A stretch of DNA of 63,777 bases, the filler included, from Octopus bimaculoides (lineage: Eukaryota): NCBI RefSeq assembly GCF_001194135.2. It is 5 parts of 5 records of this genome, joined end to end, with 100 filler letters (N's around TTAATTAATTAA, not from the genome) between each part and the next. Parts side by side here need not be neighbours in the genome. Positions count along the whole stretch, not along the records: positions 1 to 14,228 come from NC_068982.1; positions 14,329 to 27,652 come from NC_068991.1; 3 more parts are not named here. One strand, written 5' to 3'. The position numbers and the translations under genes are program-made. Shown piece after piece: positions 12,183 through 24,669 of this stretch. The notes beneath the pieces are model-generated. The model had not been told where the DNA came from, did not search any database, and saw nothing but the letters and a program-made list of their open reading frames with translations. Position 1 is the stretch's first letter. Each line of letters opens with the position of its first letter.

Positions 12183-12663
12183 TATTATACAATATATATA
12201 TATATATNNNNNNNNNNNNNNNNNNNNNNNNNNNNNNNNNNNNNNNNNNNNNNNNNNNNNNNNNNNNNNNNNNNNNNNNNNNNNNNNNNNNNNNNNNNNN
12301 NNNNNNNNNNNNNNNNNNNNNNNNNNNNNNNNNNNNNNNNNNNNNNNNNNNNNNNNNNNNNNNNNNNNNNNNNNNNNNNNNNNNNNNNNNNNNNNNNNNN
12401 NNNNNNNNNNNNNNNNNNNNNNNNNNNNNNNNNNNNNNNNNNNNNNNNNNNNNNNNNNNNNNNNNNNNNNNNNNNNNNNNNNNNNNNNNNNNNNNNNNNN
12501 NNNNNNNNNNNNNNNNNNNNNNNNNNNNNNNNNNNNNNNNNNNNNNNNNNNNNNNNNNNNNNNNNNNNNNNNNNNNNNNNNNNNNNNNNNNNNNNNNNNN
12601 NNNNNNNNNNNNNNNNNNNNNNNNNNNNNNNNNNNNNNNNNNNNNNNNNNNNNNNNNNNNNNN

Positions 12664-12731
<68 letters not shown>

Positions 12732-13394
12732 TGTGTGTCTGTGTGTGTATGTGTGTGCGTATGCTTGTGTGTGTGTCACTGTTCTTAGCAGCAGTATGGC
12801 TTCCCCTCAGCATCTTCCTCATTGTGCTGCTCTCATCCTAAGACCCGAAACTTTGGTACAGTCCCTGTATCGCTCTGTGTTTGTGTATTCGCCCACGGTG
12901 TTGCCATCTTGGTAGTTGTTTTTGTTGTTACTGCCATCGTTGTCACCGCCACTGTTTCTGTCGTCGTTATTCTTGTTTTTGATATTGCTGTAACCGTCCG
13001 TGAAATTACTTGTGTGTGTGTATATGGGTTCGCTTCGTATGTTGTTTGTATCCATGCCTTTTATATGGATTTATTTATTTATTATTTATATTTTATCTAT
13101 TTCTGTTTCTTATATTTATCACTGGTACGTGACAAATACATTTATTTATTTGTCTATTTATATATTTATTTGTGATTTTTATTTCTATTTTCATTTCTTA
13201 TATGTATCACAGGCAAGTGTATATGTCTATTGTATGTGTATTACCCTGTATGTGCCTGTGTATTATTTACAACTTTTTTCCTCCTTTTTTTCTATTCTCT
13301 TCTGTCTTTCGTGATGTAGTGTGGTGTGGTGGTGGGTGTTACTGTTCCATTTGTGTTTTCTAAAGCTCGGTTTATCTACTGCTACACACACAAT

Positions 13395-13720
13395 AGACAT
13401 ATATGCAATGTTGCATATATGCTGCAGGCAGAGCAGTTGTCTTTTTTCAACTGCGTCCCACACATAGTAATCCATGGGATTACAAACAAGGAAATTAGGA
13501 GGCCAGAAATTGGGGCTAGGGAATTCGTAGAAATTCTGACAACCACTTTTGTATCTTTCCGGAGATATGACAAAGAACCAAATCTTGCAGCACGCAAAAA
13601 GCCTTCCTGCAGCAACCCTCTTTAGCCAGAGTTTGACCACAGTCTCCAGTAGCTTCACATACCTGCCTAAATTGAGTCTAAGGCCCTGCTCAAGAACGTG
13701 GGGATGAATTCTGGTGAGCG
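13395..13720 (-). mobile_element. Fragment of a second DD37D-type transposase
   Basis: GLRLNLGRYVKLLETVVKLWLKRVAAGR...SPNFWPPNFLVCNPMDYYVWDAVEK, homologous to the 11.65-11.9 kb part of the full copy. Confidence 0.85.
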
Positions 13721-13894
13721 AACGCAATCAGAATGCCTACTATGTCCCTTCCTACTTGCCATGGATTCGGAGTCTCTTTTGCAGTTGTCTACGTTACGTC
13801 TTACAAGCTTTACAGTGTTCACAAAGCAGCACCGGATTAACCGTTAAGCAAAATAAGTACGTGCTTACGGCATCAAGGGAAAGGAGCCACCACA

Positions 13895-14205
13895 GAAATA
13901 GTAGATTGTATACTGTATAAAAAATCCCTTTACAGTTACTAAAATAATATTCAAGGAGGTTCGTATGATTGAAAATATGATTTCAAAGTGTTCATGGTAT
14001 CATAGTGACGTCATATAAAATTGTCCTGTCATAAACACGATGGATGCCGTTTACGATTTATTCACGTAATGCTGAGTATTATTTACCAGACAATTTTATG
14101 CGTTGGTGAAAGGCGTTTGCTTGTGGTGTTTATTTCCCGACAAATTTACGGCGATAACACACAATAATTTATAGAGTGAAAATGCCAGACTGTGACTCAG
14201 ATAAC
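13895..14205 (-). mobile_element. Penelope-like element relic, copy 2 (GIY-YIG domain)
   Basis: With one frameshift the minus strand from 14176 reads LYKLLCVICRKFVGK*TPQANAFHQRIK (YxxxCxxCxxxYxGxT...RIxxH-like), then SALRE*I..HRVYDRTIL, and KSYFQSYEPP/SLN near 13950-13990. Confidence 0.7.
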
Positions 14206-14228
14206 TCTCTCTCTCTCTCTCTCTCTCT

Positions 14229-14328
14229 NNNNNNNNNNNNNNNNNNNNNNNNNNNNNNNNNNNNNNNNNNNNTTAATTAATTAANNNNNNNNNNNNNNNN
14301 NNNNNNNNNNNNNNNNNNNNNNNNNNNN
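14229..14328. other. Synthetic scaffold spacer N44-TTAATTAATTAA-N44 (also 27653-27752, 58803-58902, 61491-61590)
   Basis: Four identical 100-nt constructs. TTAATTAATTAA puts a stop codon in all six frames. Assembly artefact, not biology. Confidence 0.95.
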
Positions 14329-14360
<32 letters not shown>

Positions 14361-14699
14361 TGAATTTATAAAACAACACAAAAGATGCATATAATGTACT
14401 GATCCGTGATAGAAAATTCAACAAAAAAAGTTATTCCATCTGGTGAGAGATAAATATTATTACTTTTGAAAGGTCACGTGTATTAAAGTGCTACTAATAG
14501 TTTCATATGTTGAGAGAACTCAAACATATTCTTCAGGCGCAAACCACACATAACGAACTAAAGAAATTGAATAAATAGAAAAAACGCCAAAAAAACTGAG
14601 AAGGCAGCATGAAGAAAATCTCTGGATCTCATCTGTGGATTATACAGATGTGTGTGTGTGTTCGTACACACACACACACGCACACACACACGCACACAC

Positions 14700-14870
14700 A
14701 CACATATACGATAGGCTTCTTTCAGTTTCTGTCTACCAAATCCACTCACAACGCTTTGGTCGACTCGAGGCTACAAGTGGAAGACACTTGCTCAAGATGC
14801 CACGTATTGGGATAGAACCCGGAACCATGTGGCTAGGAAACAGACATCTTACCACGCAGCTTCGCCATGT
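14700..14870 (-). mobile_element. SINE family A, 5' half
   Basis: Reverse complement of the 1242-1450 head (TTCTGTCTACCAAATCCACTCACAAC..AAGACACTTGCTCAAGATGCCACG..GAACCCGGAACCATGTGG). Confidence 0.85.
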
Positions 14871-14920
14871 GCCTATATATACATATATATACATATATAT
14901 ATATGTATATATATTGAATA

Positions 14921-15134
14921 CTCTTTTCTACTCTAGGCACAAGGCCTGAAATTTTGGTGGGAGGGGGCACCAGTCGATTAGATCGACCCCAGTACGCAAT
15001 TGGTGCTTAATTTTTCCCGAAAGGATGGAAAGCAAAGTCGACCGCAGCGGAATTTGAACTCAGAACGTAAAGATAGACGAAATACCGCTAAGCACTTCGC
15101 CCGGCGTGCTTAACGTTTCTGCTAGCTCGCCGCC
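14921..15134 (-). mobile_element. SINE family B, near full length
   Basis: Reverse complement of the 55032-55247 copy, including the GGCGGCGAGCT head. Confidence 0.9.
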
Positions 15135-15149
15135 TTAATATATATTGAA

Positions 15150-15620
15150 TATTGACGTCAAACTTCGCAGGGAAATCTAAGAAACGGATTGAATTGTTTC
15201 GTCTGTTCACTAATTTACAGCTGTTTGAAGCTTTAGGTCGAGAAAATGTCGCAATGACAGTTACATTCAATTATTTGTATGATATTTCCTAACGAAAAAC
15301 ATTATGAAGATAGCAACAGAGAATCACCAGAATTAACTTTACACGAAAACGAAATTACAGAAGCAGAGAAATACTGGTGTTATATTTCTCAAGAAACATG
15401 TGGCGATAAACTTCGTTTTCCAATTATCTTGAAAGTAATTATAAACTTGCTGTTATTGTCTCATTCTTCAGCTGTAATAGAAAGCCTGATGTCTTTGTTA
15501 AGCAATATATATGTTAAACATCGTTGACCATTAAGTGCAGAGACACTAAATAACTCGTTATATGGAAGAAAAAGAAACAGTCCTTTAATAAACGTACGTC
15601 GAGAATGTCAACCGTCAGAA
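15150..15620 (+). mobile_element. hAT-like transposase C-terminal dimerisation domain relic
   Basis: AEKYWCYISQETCGDKLRFPIILKVIINLLLLSHSSAVIESLMSLLSNIYVKHR*PLSAETL fits the FW..FP.L....L.LPHSxAxxERxFS....K.R..L..xTL pattern, with a stop inside. Confidence 0.7.
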
Positions 15621-16214
15621 AATTGTGTAAAAAAAATGAAAGTAAATAGAATGTATATCAGTGCTCTTGCACCTCGATTTTAATGAAGTTTTTTTTTGTC
15701 TTTGTCTCCGGTGAATAGTTCTATTCGTAACGGTTTACTGTCGTCTGTCTTACCCCAGTAAAGTCTGTGGGATTAAGGATTTCATTCAGCAACTATGTGG
15801 TTTGGGGTTTAATCCTACTTACTGCCTGGCACCTTGAGGAAATACGTTTTTTATACTATGGTCTAGGATCGGCTAAATCTATGGGAATGAAATTTATTAG
15901 ACGAAAATTATGCTGGGAGGCCATTGGAGGGGTTTTCGTTATTGGTGAATCGTAGATTTAATTAGTGGCCTCGTTTAACCTCATCACCAAGATTCTTGGC
16001 TGCTTTTGATGGAATTCACTCTTTCGTAAGCATATAGACCAGGTCTTCGGTCTGAGGATAATGTCTTGCTCTCTCTTGTCCCTTACTGTTTTGGAGAGTG
16101 GCATGGGTGCTGTCTCTTCTCAAAATAGGCGATTAAAAACTATGAAAAATAAAATTCATTCAACTGTGTGATTTGTGATTTTTTTTTTTTGAATGCACTA
16201 AGCGGAGTAAGAGC

Positions 16215-16360
16215 ACATACATAGACGGAAGTGTCACTGAAGAGGTCACAGATGTGTGACGAAAGATTTCCGGGCAATGGACATGAGTTAGAATAAGAAC
16301 AATAATAAACTAGTGAAGAGCGAATATATAGTGCGTGTGTTTATTTGGCAAACAAAAAAA
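16215..16360 (-). mobile_element. Penelope-like element relic, copy 3 (hammerhead-bearing segment)
   Basis: Aligns by eye to 9045-9190. Confidence 0.7.
16232..16276 (+). ncRNA. Second copy of the hammerhead motif (stem I degraded)
   Basis: UGUCA CUGAAGA g GUCACA gaug UGUGAC GAA AGAUUU C cgggca. Core and stem II are intact; the 3' strand of stem I is mutated. Confidence 0.55.
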
Positions 16361-16389
16361 AAGGACCATCTTGAAATATAATAATATCT

Positions 16390-16535
16390 GTTCTGAGTTC
16401 AAATGTCACCGAGGTTGACTTTGCCTTTCATCCTTTCGGGGGTTGATAAATTAAGTACCAGTGATACACTAAGTTTGATGTAATCGACTTCACTCCCCAC
16501 CCCAAAATTGCTGGCCTTGTGTCAAAATTTGAAAC
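16390..16535 (+). mobile_element. SINE family B, partial
   Basis: TTCTGAGTTCAAAT..GAGGTTGACTTTGCCTTTCATCCTTTCGGGG..GATAAATTAAGTACCAG. Confidence 0.85.
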
Positions 16536-17370
16536 CACTTTCTGTGAGTCTTACTAAATGTGCTGAGGGCTTCTTTCTTTCGTTTATCCACTCACTCGTG
16601 TATACACGCACATATAACTGTATGTGTGTACGGGTATGGTGTGGATATGTTCGTGTGCATGAGCATACGTGTACCACAAAACGCTGGACAACTTCACAGA
16701 CATGACAAGGGATCTTCGTGCAGTGACCATAGTAACTTCACCTGACACTCAAATCCTTCCTGACAATACGAATAATTGTATGCCAAAGCTATTATCTCTC
16801 CGAACCCGTTAACAGGCACCACCACCACCACCACCANNNNNNNNNNNNNNNNNNNNNNNNNNNNNNNNNNNNNNNNNNNNNNNNNNNNNNNNNNNNNNNN
16901 NNNNNNNNNNNNNNNNNNNNNNNNNNNNNNNNNNNNNNNNNNNNNNNNNNNNNNNNNNNNNNNNNNNNNNNNNNNNNNNNNNNNNNNNNNNNNNNNNNNN
17001 NNNNNNNNNNNNNNNNNNNNNNNNNNNNNNNNNNNNNNNNNNNNNNNNNNNNNNNNNNNNNNNNNNNNNNNNNNNNNNNNNNNNNNNNNNNNNNNNNNNN
17101 NNNNNNNNNNNNNNNNNNNNNNNNNNNNNNNNNNNNNNNNNNNNNNNNNNNNNNNNNNNNNNNNNNNNNNNNNNNNNNNNNNNNNNNNNNNNNNNNNNNN
17201 NNNNNNNNNNNNNNNNNNNNNNGATAAATCACCATTATAAAGTACACACCCCACACACAGTTGCCAGGTTATACACAATGTTAACAGCCCACCCTAATAC
17301 CTAGATTATAATCTTCTTATCAACCATAGTATTTATGTGTGTGTGTGTGTGTGTGTGTGTGTTGACTGAA

Positions 17371-17640
17371 GGCACGTGGCTAAGTGGTTGGGATATTTGG
17401 TTGACGATCGTAAGGCCGAGAGTTCGACACCCAGTGGCACGTTGTGTCTCCGAGTAAGACACTTCATTTGCGCCAAAAATGAGTAACACCTGCCATTGAA
17501 AGGGGCCAGCTTTGCCATATTCTATGTCATGCTGAACCCCGCTGACATCTACGCTAAGGGTACGCGTGTTTGTGGAGCAGGCTGTTCCGTTGATCAAAAT
17601 CAAATTGGAACACTCCTCGTCGTAAGCGACGGAGTGCCAA
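17371..17640 (+). mobile_element. tRNA-derived SINE, family C
   Basis: GGCACGTGGCTAAGTGG (A box), GAGTTCGACACC (B box), GTGTCTCCGAGTAAGACACTT, tail GCTGTTCCGTTGATC..CTCGTCGTAAGCGACGGAGTGCCA. A diverged relative lies at about 41335-41660. Confidence 0.85.
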
Positions 17641-17893
17641 TACCTATACATGAGTGCGGGGGAAAACAGTTATATTTTTCGCAATTATCTTGTCCAAATT
17701 CCGTCCCATTGCGTGACAGTTTTACATAAATCTAATCTACAATAACCCTTGGGTCCATCTAACTCCTGTGTGTCAATTTAAGTAGATCACGTAAAAACCT
17801 AGATGACACAGGGTCAAGTGGTTAAGTTTTCGCTCTTATTTTCTTATCGATAGTGCCAAGTTCAATCCCAGCTGCCCCCTGTATATTCTCTTT

Positions 17894-18285
17894 GGCGCAG
17901 ACATGGCTACGTGGTTAAGAATCTTGCTTTGCAAACATGTGGCTTCGGGTTCAGTCCTACTGTGTGGCATCTTGAGCAAGTGTCTCCTACTATAGCCCTG
18001 GGTCGACTAATATCTTGTGAGTGAATTTGGTACAAGAAAACTACGTGGAAGCCCGTCTTGTAGATCTATATATTAATGTGCATATGTATTTGTATTTGCT
18101 CTCACCCCCGCTAAACAACCTTCGTTGGTTTGCTTACGTCCCTCCAAAACACAAAACGAAAAAAAAAAACGGTACAATAAGTGTCAAACTTTTTTAAAAA
18201 GGTACTAAAGTTGATTTGTTCGACTAAAACCGTTCAAGGTGGTGCCCCAGCATGGCCGTAGCTCCATGATTGAAACAAATAAAAA
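17894..18285 (+). mobile_element. SINE family A, diverged full copy
   Basis: Collinear with 1242-1691. Confidence 0.85.
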
Positions 18286-18460
18286 ATAAAATATTAGTTC
18301 TGCTCCATCATGTCTGACCTGGGGTTAAATAGTAATAGTTAAAAGTAATATGACATAACGCAAATCCTTGTCCATACAGCGTTTTATGCTCAGACATTAG
18401 ATCAGTGGTTCCCAACCTGGGGGTCCGTGAGCTAAATTCAAAATTTCATATACATACATG

Positions 18461-18595
<135 letters not shown>

Positions 18596-18953
18596 GTATA
18601 CATTCTAAATAGAATTAAGGATAAAGTCACGTTAATGATTTTATCAGGTGGTCAGAGTGAAATAAAAGCTTCATCGGTAATTTATACATACTAAAATTTA
18701 TAATTATATACATAATTTACGGTGGTGTCTTAAGTGCCACTGGCATCTATTTTCTTTTTCTGTGTCGGTGAAGGTTTGTTTCTGGACCCTTTAATATGTT
18801 TATATATACTGGCTGTTCCTGACTAAAAATAGATTTATCTTTCATTCCAGTTACTCTTGATTGACATTGAAATGGATAACCAACAATTTCATATTCGTGT
18901 TGTAATGCTTTTCTTAAAATATATATATATATATTAGAGTTATCACGTAGGCA

Positions 18954-18991
<38 letters not shown>

Positions 18992-20108
18992 NNNNNNNNN
19001 NNNNNNNNNNNNNNNNNNNNNNNNNNNNNNNNNNNNNNNNNNNNNNNNNNNNNNNNNNNNNNNNNNNNNNNNNNNNNNNNNNNNNNNNNNNNNNNNNNNN
19101 NNNNNNNNNNNNNNNNNNNNNNNNNNNNNNNNNNNNNNNNNNNNNNNATATATATGTCTGTGTGTGTATGTGTGTGAGTAAATGCAAGGGCAATAACCGT
19201 GACATTTAAATTGAATTAATTACATACAAATTACCTCCCATTAAAATTTAATTTGCTCGTTTCGTTCGGCCTTTTTTGTCTTTAAGGTAACGAATTAATC
19301 TTCATGGCGCAGACCCGGATAACGATTTCTTAATTACTCGAAAAACAGTGATTGCCTGATTGTATTTAAATCTTATTTCTCAACGCCACTGATATCCTCC
19401 AAAAGGGCTTTACCGCTTTGCTAGAAATAACAGCCAAGTCATTATTTTAACTAGGTATCGTCCTATATATAATGTAGTCGTACATATCTGTAAACCAACG
19501 AAATAGAAACACGTGCAACGCCAACATCTCCAGTGCAATGACAAGATAAAATGGTAGAAGAACTGAAAGAATCGCAGTAAAAGAACAAAAATGTATTATC
19601 TACTTTAGTGTATGCTATCTTTTCAGTCAGACACCCGTTATTTAAAACAATTGCATTTTACGCAAGCCATCCAGCAGGTACTTGCAATATAACAGCGAGT
19701 GGTATAATGGGAAGTAACTATGTGAGAACTAGATAAGCAAGTGAAAGAGCTATCTCCCTGGAATAACTCTGCTCGCTGAGCCTTTTCACAATAACATACA
19801 ACTTGTGGAACATTCAATTACGAGATTATTTTTTATTACTTTTCTACCACTAGACGTGGTTAAACTTGACTTGTCATTTCAAGCGATTAGTTATGCGCTC
19901 AAAGATAACTTCCTTTCGAACCAAAGTTTCAAAAACCTGCATTTTAGATTTGACGACTTAGACCAATGGTTTTCAACTGCGTCCAGTGTGACCCTTGACG
20001 GTCCATAGAAGACTTTGTTAAAATCTATCTGCAATAAAATTGGTCACACTTCGACAATACAGGAAATATTTCAACAATTATTTCATACAATTCCAAAGAA
20101 CATTTAAG

Positions 20109-20159
<51 letters not shown>

Positions 20160-20214
20160 AGATATACATATTGTATTTTGGGATGGTAATTTTTTTTAAT
20201 CGCACACACATACA

Positions 20215-20560
20215 CATGGAAGTGTTATCATGTACATTGTTTTGTCTTGGTATAAAAAGATGGGCCACAGCAAATATTCTGCTCAATACCACAGATTTGC
20301 TTGTCAGTTGTTTGACCTTAACCAGTTGAGCATGACCTTTAGTGGCTGACGATATGTGCATCTCTGAGGGGAGCATCATAGCCATGTGTTGAGAGGAATT
20401 CTTTGGGGTTTGAATAATTCACTTTTGGAAACATGGGTGTTTCATTCAACATCCTTAAACAAACCTTATTCAGGGACCTTTTGAGCAGAATGGGCAACTC
20501 AACCTAAAGAAAATTCTAACTGGGTCCCCACCTGCAAGGTTATGCTCTATTTATTTTGAT
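20215..20560. repeat. Probable interspersed repeat, family D (unclassified)
   Basis: GCAAATATTCTGCTCAATACCACAGATTTGCTTGTCAG...GGGGAGCATCATAGCCATGTGTTGAGAGG resembles an abundant octopod repeat as I recall it. Single copy here, so not self-validated. Confidence 0.45.
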
Positions 20561-20744
20561 ATGCCGCGCACATATGGTTGTGATGCATGTGCCTGGTATA
20601 CTCTTATCAGACGGGTCATTGGGCTTTGTATATTTTGCCCCAGCGTGACTATGATGGCATGCATTGGTCTCTCACTCAATAATACTAATAATGTGAAATG
20701 TCGAACGTTATGGTGCGTAGCTTTTGGCCCACCTTGTACAATGC

Positions 20745-20878
20745 TACATTCGACTTTGCCTTTCATCAAATCGGGTTCGATTAAATAAGCGCCAGTTGCG
20801 TTCTGAGGATTGATCTAATCGACTGTCCTCACCCCACTCCAAAAATTTCGGTCCTTGTGCCTAAAGTAGAAAAGATTA
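20745..20878 (+). mobile_element. SINE family B, 3' part
   Basis: CGACTTTGCCTTTCATC..GGTTCGAT..GATCTAATCGACT..AAAATTTCGGTCCTTGTGCCTAAAGTAGAAAAG. Confidence 0.8.
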
Positions 20879-21017
20879 GACAATGCAATCGTATATTTGG
20901 TCACGGTGGGAAAGTATTTTGATGGCTGTTCTCATCGACTGAGGATGAAACGGATCTATAAACGAAAGAACTTTTCACCATATGTGTGTACGTGTGTGTG
21001 TGTGTGTGTGTGTGTAC

Positions 21018-21052
<35 letters not shown>

Positions 21053-21087
21053 GATAGAGAAGAGACGAAAATGAAAGACGAAAAGAG

Positions 21088-21121
<34 letters not shown>

Positions 21122-21840
21122 AGATGCGCGCGCATGTATATATATATACACGTACATAAATGCATACAAACATGCACACACACACACACACACACATACA
21201 CACACACACACACTCACATAGCTTTTGAGCTCATGTTTATGCTAAATCTTTATATTTTATCGTTGTTATTGTTGTTTTGGTGATGATGATGATGATGATG
21301 ACAACGTGAAAGAAGCGGAGGAGAAGGAAGGAGAGGATGAGGATTGAAAGGAAGAGGCAAAAGAATAAGAGGGATCATTTTTAGCTGCATTTTAGTGTCA
21401 TCATCATCATCATCGACCTCCTCCTCCGCCTCTTCCTCCCGCCTCTTCCTCCTTCGCCTCTTCTTTCCTATTTATCACAAACCACTTGTTGAGGCCTCCA
21501 TTGTTTCCAGAACCTACTTATCAGCCTCCCACCCCACCCCGCACACTGTTCCGTCCACACCCACCCATCTTCTCATCTAATCCTGCTCCATTCGCCTCCT
21601 CTCTCTCCTGTCTTAAACGTTTCCCGTCCTTCAACTCCAAAATGACATCATGACTCACCAACTACAACTTACTTCTCAATAATCTCCACTGCTCCGATGG
21701 TGTTGGGAGATTTTGCTCAAGGAACTCATAAATAACATAATTCTGTAAAGGGTTAGGGTTAGGGTTACGATGAGATCGACCGACCAACCGACCGACAGAC
21801 AGACGGACCGATAATACATATACATACATACATACATACA

Positions 21841-21874
<34 letters not shown>

Positions 21875-22829
21875 CAGCACATACACATACACACACATAC
21901 ATACATATGTATATATGTATGTATGTATGTGTATGTGTATGTGCTGTATATATGTATGTAAAAGATTTCNNNNNNNNNNNNNNNNNNNNNNNNNNNNNNN
22001 NNNNNNNNNNNNNNNNNNNNNNNNNNNNNNNNNNNNNNNNNNNNNNNNNNNNNNNNNNNNNNNNNNNNNNNNNNNNNNNNNNNNNNNNNNNNNNNNATAT
22101 ATATATATATATATATACATATATATCAAAAGGATGTATTATAATACTATTCTACATATGCAAAATCAGCCATACCAACAATCCAGCATACTTCCATCAT
22201 CAGCTGCCCCACGGATATCATTATGGTTTCGACATCTGGGCAGTACCTTTCAATTCGGCGGTGTCAACAGCACTAAAATAAGTCTAATAAATGGTAAAGT
22301 TAATAACATTATAGTTTATTAAACTGTTTATACATATATATTGCAGAACTTTCTTTCAATATATTTGATAAAGCCAGTTGGCATCTAGATTGTTATTAAC
22401 AATCCCTTTCGGGGAAATTATATCTTCAAAATTTGTATGTATGTATAAAAGACTAAAATGTTTATTACTGCAATTGAATCCAAAAATATAAATATGCTTT
22501 TTTCAGTGATCCCCATTTGGAACTTTTCGAAAAATTTATCATAATTTCCAAAATAATTCACATATGAAGAAAAATTAAATACTATATATTATTTTACTTC
22601 CTTACACACCTGGCAAAGCAAAAAAATATGAATAAAAAAATTTGGCAATTCATGGGTTAATCAGGAACGTGGGATAGCTTGATCAACACAAATTGATGCT
22701 TCATTTTTATAGCAATCTCTTGCTTTAATTATTGTGGTTCATACTATTTTTTTAATTATTACGCTTAATGAGTTGTTTATTATAATTTTTTAGCAGTGAC
22801 ATAAGTACATCTGGAAAATCTGTCAGTAT

Positions 22830-23060
22830 TGAAAGTTACACAAACAGCAGAACGGAACGTTACTGTATAGTGCCAAAGATCCCAACGTCGCCATCAAGAA
22901 ACAGGACCAGATACTGTAACAGCTTGAGTTTCAAGGGCCCACAGCTCTTCAATATCCTCCTAAAAGAAGCTGAGAGACCTACATAGGATGGATGTGTCTT
23001 CAAAACAGAACTGGATCTTTTTTTAAAAATTGCTGGGCTTGTGCCAAAATTTGAAATAAT
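22830..23060 (+). mobile_element. CR1/L2-like LINE ORF2 C-terminal relic
   Basis: SRTERYCIVPKIPTSPSRNRTRYCNSLSFKGPQLFNILLK..LRDLHRMDV fits the F..RGPxLFNxLP end motif of this LINE group. Confidence 0.7.
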
Positions 23061-23476
23061 AATTATTATGGAAAATGGGAAGAGCAACCGTCTGCAAATT
23101 AAATTAAAAGAAAAATTCTAATTAAAGAATTTTTCAGTTCCTAAAATTTATTTTACCGTTTGCTAGGATGGAATTTTGGGTGTCACAGAAGTAACAAAGG
23201 TCTTTGATTAATGAATTTGTGTTTTATGGACCATTAACCATGTTCATTCGTCATTCAATTTTCTGCATGAAGAGTCTGACATGCAGGTCTCTCAGAGTCT
23301 TTCAAACACAGCCAAAGATACGAGCGTGTACGTGTGTGTACTTGTGTGTATGTGTACGTGTGCGTGCATGTGCGTACGTATGTGTACAGATACGTGTGTG
23401 CATGTATGTATGTATGTATTTATGTATGTATGCATGTATGTATGTATGTATGTATGCATGTATACATGTATGTATG

Positions 23477-23569
<93 letters not shown>

Positions 23570-23857
23570 TTATACAATTATACATGCATGCATATATGTA
23601 TAAATACGTACATACATATATACACACATTCATACATATATGTGTGTGTGTGTGTGTGTGTGTTTCTCTGTTTACACACTTATTAGAGTCTAAAAATGTA
23701 AAACCCAAAAATGTCTGACATATTTTCCCAGTGACTTTAACACCTTGTAATTCCTTAATTAGAAATGTTCTTTCTAGTTTAGTGAATCCCAGTTTCTGAA
23801 GCTGGGTGCTGCGGCGCTTGTTTACATAACCAAGTGCTTTAATAATCTCAGGCAGAG

Positions 23858-23910
23858 ATCTAAAAACTTTCGTCCAGCTGGAGTATCAGCCTAAATCTCA
23901 TCAGTTCGAC
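23858..23910 (-). ncRNA. Degenerate minimal hammerhead-like motif
   Basis: GUCGAA CUGAUGA G(A)UUUAG(G)CUG auacuc CAGCUGGAC GAA AGUU U UUAGAU. Core intact; stem II pairs with wobbles and bulges; stem I has 5 of 6 pairs. Confidence 0.4.
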
Positions 23911-24335
23911 ATCAATGTTTTCTTTTTCACTTACCTTTCAACATTAAATTAACATCTGCTGAGTAAAGGATTCCATCTCGTCTCCCTGCTTTCTTTTCTC
24001 GCTTCAGAGCCTTATATTCGCTCGATTCTGTTTACGTTTAAATCAGATTTTATCAGCAATATTCCACCAATATTCTTTTATATTATTATCGCATGTTATT
24101 CTCCACAATTCTACAACTTCTCATTTTGGTATTTTCAGAACGTTTATCTTTTTATCTGTTACCTTTATTGCCTGTTTCAGTTATTGGAGTGCGGCCAAGC
24201 TGGGGCACTGCTGCGAAGGGTTTTAATAGAATAGATCGATCACTGTATTTATTTTGCGAATGGTACTTATTCTGTTAGACCCTTTTGCCTAAGTCAAGGG
24301 AATGTAAACAAACCAACACTTGTTGCCAAAAAGTG

Positions 24336-24398
<63 letters not shown>

Positions 24399-24469
24399 GC
24401 ACACACACACAAACATACAAACACGAATACACACACACATACACACGCACAAACACAAAATACACAGAT

Positions 24470-24632
24470 CAGATACATATAAATGACTGGCTTCCTCACA
24501 GTTTCCGTCTACCATAGCAACTCACAAGGCTTTTGTCAGTCTGAGGCTATGGTAGAAGACACTTGCCCAAGGTGCAACGCATTGAGACTGAACCCGGAAC
24601 TACGTAGTTGCAAAACGAGCTTCTTAACTGCC
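24470..24632 (-). mobile_element. SINE family A, 5' half
   Basis: CAGTTTCCGTCTACC..GTAGAAGACACTTGCCCAAGGTGC..GACTGAACCCGGAAC. Confidence 0.85.
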
Positions 24633-24669
24633 ATGTCTTCATTTTACTTTGCATTTCCTCCGACTCTAG

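Noticed and set aside
14229-14328. TTAATTAATTAA recurring four times inside N runs
   Set aside because: Always N44-12mer-N44 (100 nt) with stops in six frames: a synthetic scaffold spacer.
17371-17445. tRNA-like A/B boxes here and near 17810-17870, 42050-42070 and 62940-62955
   Set aside because: SINE heads or isolated B-box matches; no complete cloverleaf can be drawn.
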